From positions 832,001 to 896,000 of the forward strand of contig CAWJCS010000004.1 in assembly GCA_963841435.1 (NCBI GenBank): a stretch of DNA of 64,000 bases. The letters are read 5' to 3'. The notes under the pieces were generated by a model. That model made no database searches. It was not told the DNA's origin and saw only the letters and a list, made by a program, of their open reading frames with translations. Shown here in pieces: positions 62,041 through 64,000 of the stretch (position 1 is the first letter of the stretch; each line of letters opens with the position of its first letter). A program made the translations under genes and the position numbers. The DNA is from an uncultured delta proteobacterium. GTDB taxonomy: Bacteria > Myxococcota_A > Polyangia > Polyangiales > Polyangiaceae.

Positions 62041-64000
62041 ATGAGATCACTCGCCTCGCCACCAGCGCAGGGGCTCTACGATCCGACGCCAGGAGCACGA
62101 CGCCTGCGGCATCGGCTTCCTCGCCCATATCAAGAACCGCAAGAGCCACGAGATCATCGAGCAAGGGCTGAGCATCCTCTGCAATCTCGAGCATCGCGGC
62201 GCGGTCGGCGCCGACCCGCTGGCCGGTGACGGCGCCGGCATCCTGATCCAGGTGCCGGATGCGTTTTTCCGCGAGGAGTGCGACCGCCTGGGCTTCGCCC
62301 TGCCGCCGTTCGAGCAGTACGCCGTCGGCATGGTCTTCCTGCCGCGCGATCCCGGCACCCGGCAGAAATGCATCGACGCCTTCTATCGGGTCGTCCCGGA
62401 GGAGGGGCAGATCCTCCTCGGCTGGCGCGACGTGCCGACCGACAACTCGCGTCCTGGGCTTCAGCGTCAAGCCGATCGAGCCGATCATCCGCCAGGTGTT
62501 CATCAAGCGCGGGCCGCGCACCGCTCGACCGACGCCTTCCAGCGCAAGCTGTTCGTCATCCGCAAGCAGGTGCATCACGCCGTCTGGGGCGAAGACCTGC
62601 CGGACGAGGAGCAGTTCTACATCTGCTCGCTGTCGCCGCGGACGATCGTCTACAAGGGGATGATCCTCGCCGGCAACCTGTCGACCTATTACCTCGACCT
62701 GCAGGCGCCGACGCTGGTCTCGGCGCTGGCGCTGGTGCATCAGCGGTTCTCCACCAACACCTTTCCGTCGTGGAAGCTGGCGCATCCGTTCCGCTACCTC
62801 TGCCACAACGGCGAGATCAACACGCTGCGCGGCAACATCAACTGGATGCTGGCGCGCCGCCATCCGATGAAGTCGGACCTGCTCGAAGGATGATCTGCAG
62901 AAGCTGTGGCCCTTGATCGGCGACGGCGCTTCGGACTCGGCGACGTTCGACAACGCGCTCGAGCTGCTCTTGGCCGGCGGCTACTCGCTGCCGCACGCGA
63001 TGATGATGATGGTTCCCGAGGCGTGGGACGACAATCCGCTGATGGACGAGGGGCGGCGCGCCTTCTACGAGTATCACGCGGCGCTGATGGAGCCGTGGGA
63101 CGGCCCGGCGGCGCTGGCGTTTACCGACGGCCGGCTGATCGGCGCCACCCTCGACCGCAACGGGCTGCGGCCGGCCCGCTACGTCATCACCGAGGACGAC
63201 CTCTGCGTGATGTCGTCGGAGGCGGGCGTCCTCAAGATCCCCGAGGACAAGATCGTCAAGAAGTGGCGATTGCAGCCGGGCAAGATGTTCCTGATCGACC
63301 TGGAGCAGGGTCGGATCATCGACGATGCCGAGCTCAAGGAGCAGCTCGCCTCGGCCAGGCCGTACCAGCAGTGGCTGGACGCGACCCAAATCCGCGTCGA
63401 GCAGCTGCCGCCCGAGGTCGGCCCGATGGCGCCCGATCCGCAGACGCTGCTCGACCGGCAGCAGGCGTTCGGCTACACGCAGGAAGACATCCGCTTCTTC
63501 CTGCAGCCGATGGGGCTGACCGGCGAGGATCCGGTCGGCTCGATGGGCCGCGACATTCCGATCGCCGTCCTCTCCGACCGGCCGAAGATGCTCTACGACT
63601 ACTTCAAGCAGTGCTTCGCCCAGGTCACCAACCCGCCGATCGATCCGATCCGCGAGGAGCTGGTGATGTCGCTGGTCTCCCTGATCGGTCCGCGGCCCAA
63701 CCTGCTCGCGCCGCAAGGGGCGGCCGGGCACAAGCGGCTCGAGGTGCGGACGCCGATCCTCTCCAACGTCGATCTCGAGCGCATCCGCCGCATCGAGAAC
63801 CACGTCGACCACGCGTTCCGCACCTACACCCTCGACATCACCTTTCCGGCGGCGGCCGGGCGCTGCGGGGATGGAGGACGCCCTCGATCGGCTGTTCGCC
63901 GTCGCCGCCGACGCGGTCGAGGACGGCTACAACATCATCATCCTGTCCGACCGCGCCATCGCCGCCGACCGCATCGCCATTCCGGCACTGCTGGCGACGG
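62041..64000 (+). CDS. gltB: Glutamate synthase large subunit (frameshifted; runs off window)
   Basis: EHDACGIGF; LEHRGAVGADP; HQRFSTNTFPSW; HNGEINT; EPWDGPA; FAQVTNPPIDPIRE. Confidence 0.96.

Overview
GC-rich alphaproteobacterial chromosome segment. Gene order and the GTTC-N7-GTTC SOS boxes suggest Rhodospirillales, possibly Defluviicoccus-like; this is inference. Most long genes, including essential ones, are split by single-base indels, so this is almost certainly an unpolished long-read assembly. CDS limits were stitched across frames and are approximate. The backbone is housekeeping: gltX, recR, ybaB, cobA, ctaA, ctpA, lexA, moeA, moaC, ate, motAB, pdhABC-lpdA-lipA-ratA, cinA, tRNA-Phe, polA, dnaX, SRP RNA, nudC, pheA, kdsB, cytochrome c, hisN, yejABEF, yihY, uppP and gltB. 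It is interrupted by small AT-richer patches. The most unusual items are: (1) a sigma70-type promoter with a perfect LexA box that reads not into a recognisable gene but into a helically phased array of ten GTCG(T/G)CA-type repeats upstream of tRNA-Phe; (2) a ribbon-helix-helix plus small coiled-coil module with a palindromic operator over its -10, i.e. TA-like architecture with no known toxin; (3) an orphan Hjc-like PD-(D/E)XK nuclease; (4) a split dnaX / ybaB-recR operon. No CRISPR array, integrase or transposase was found.
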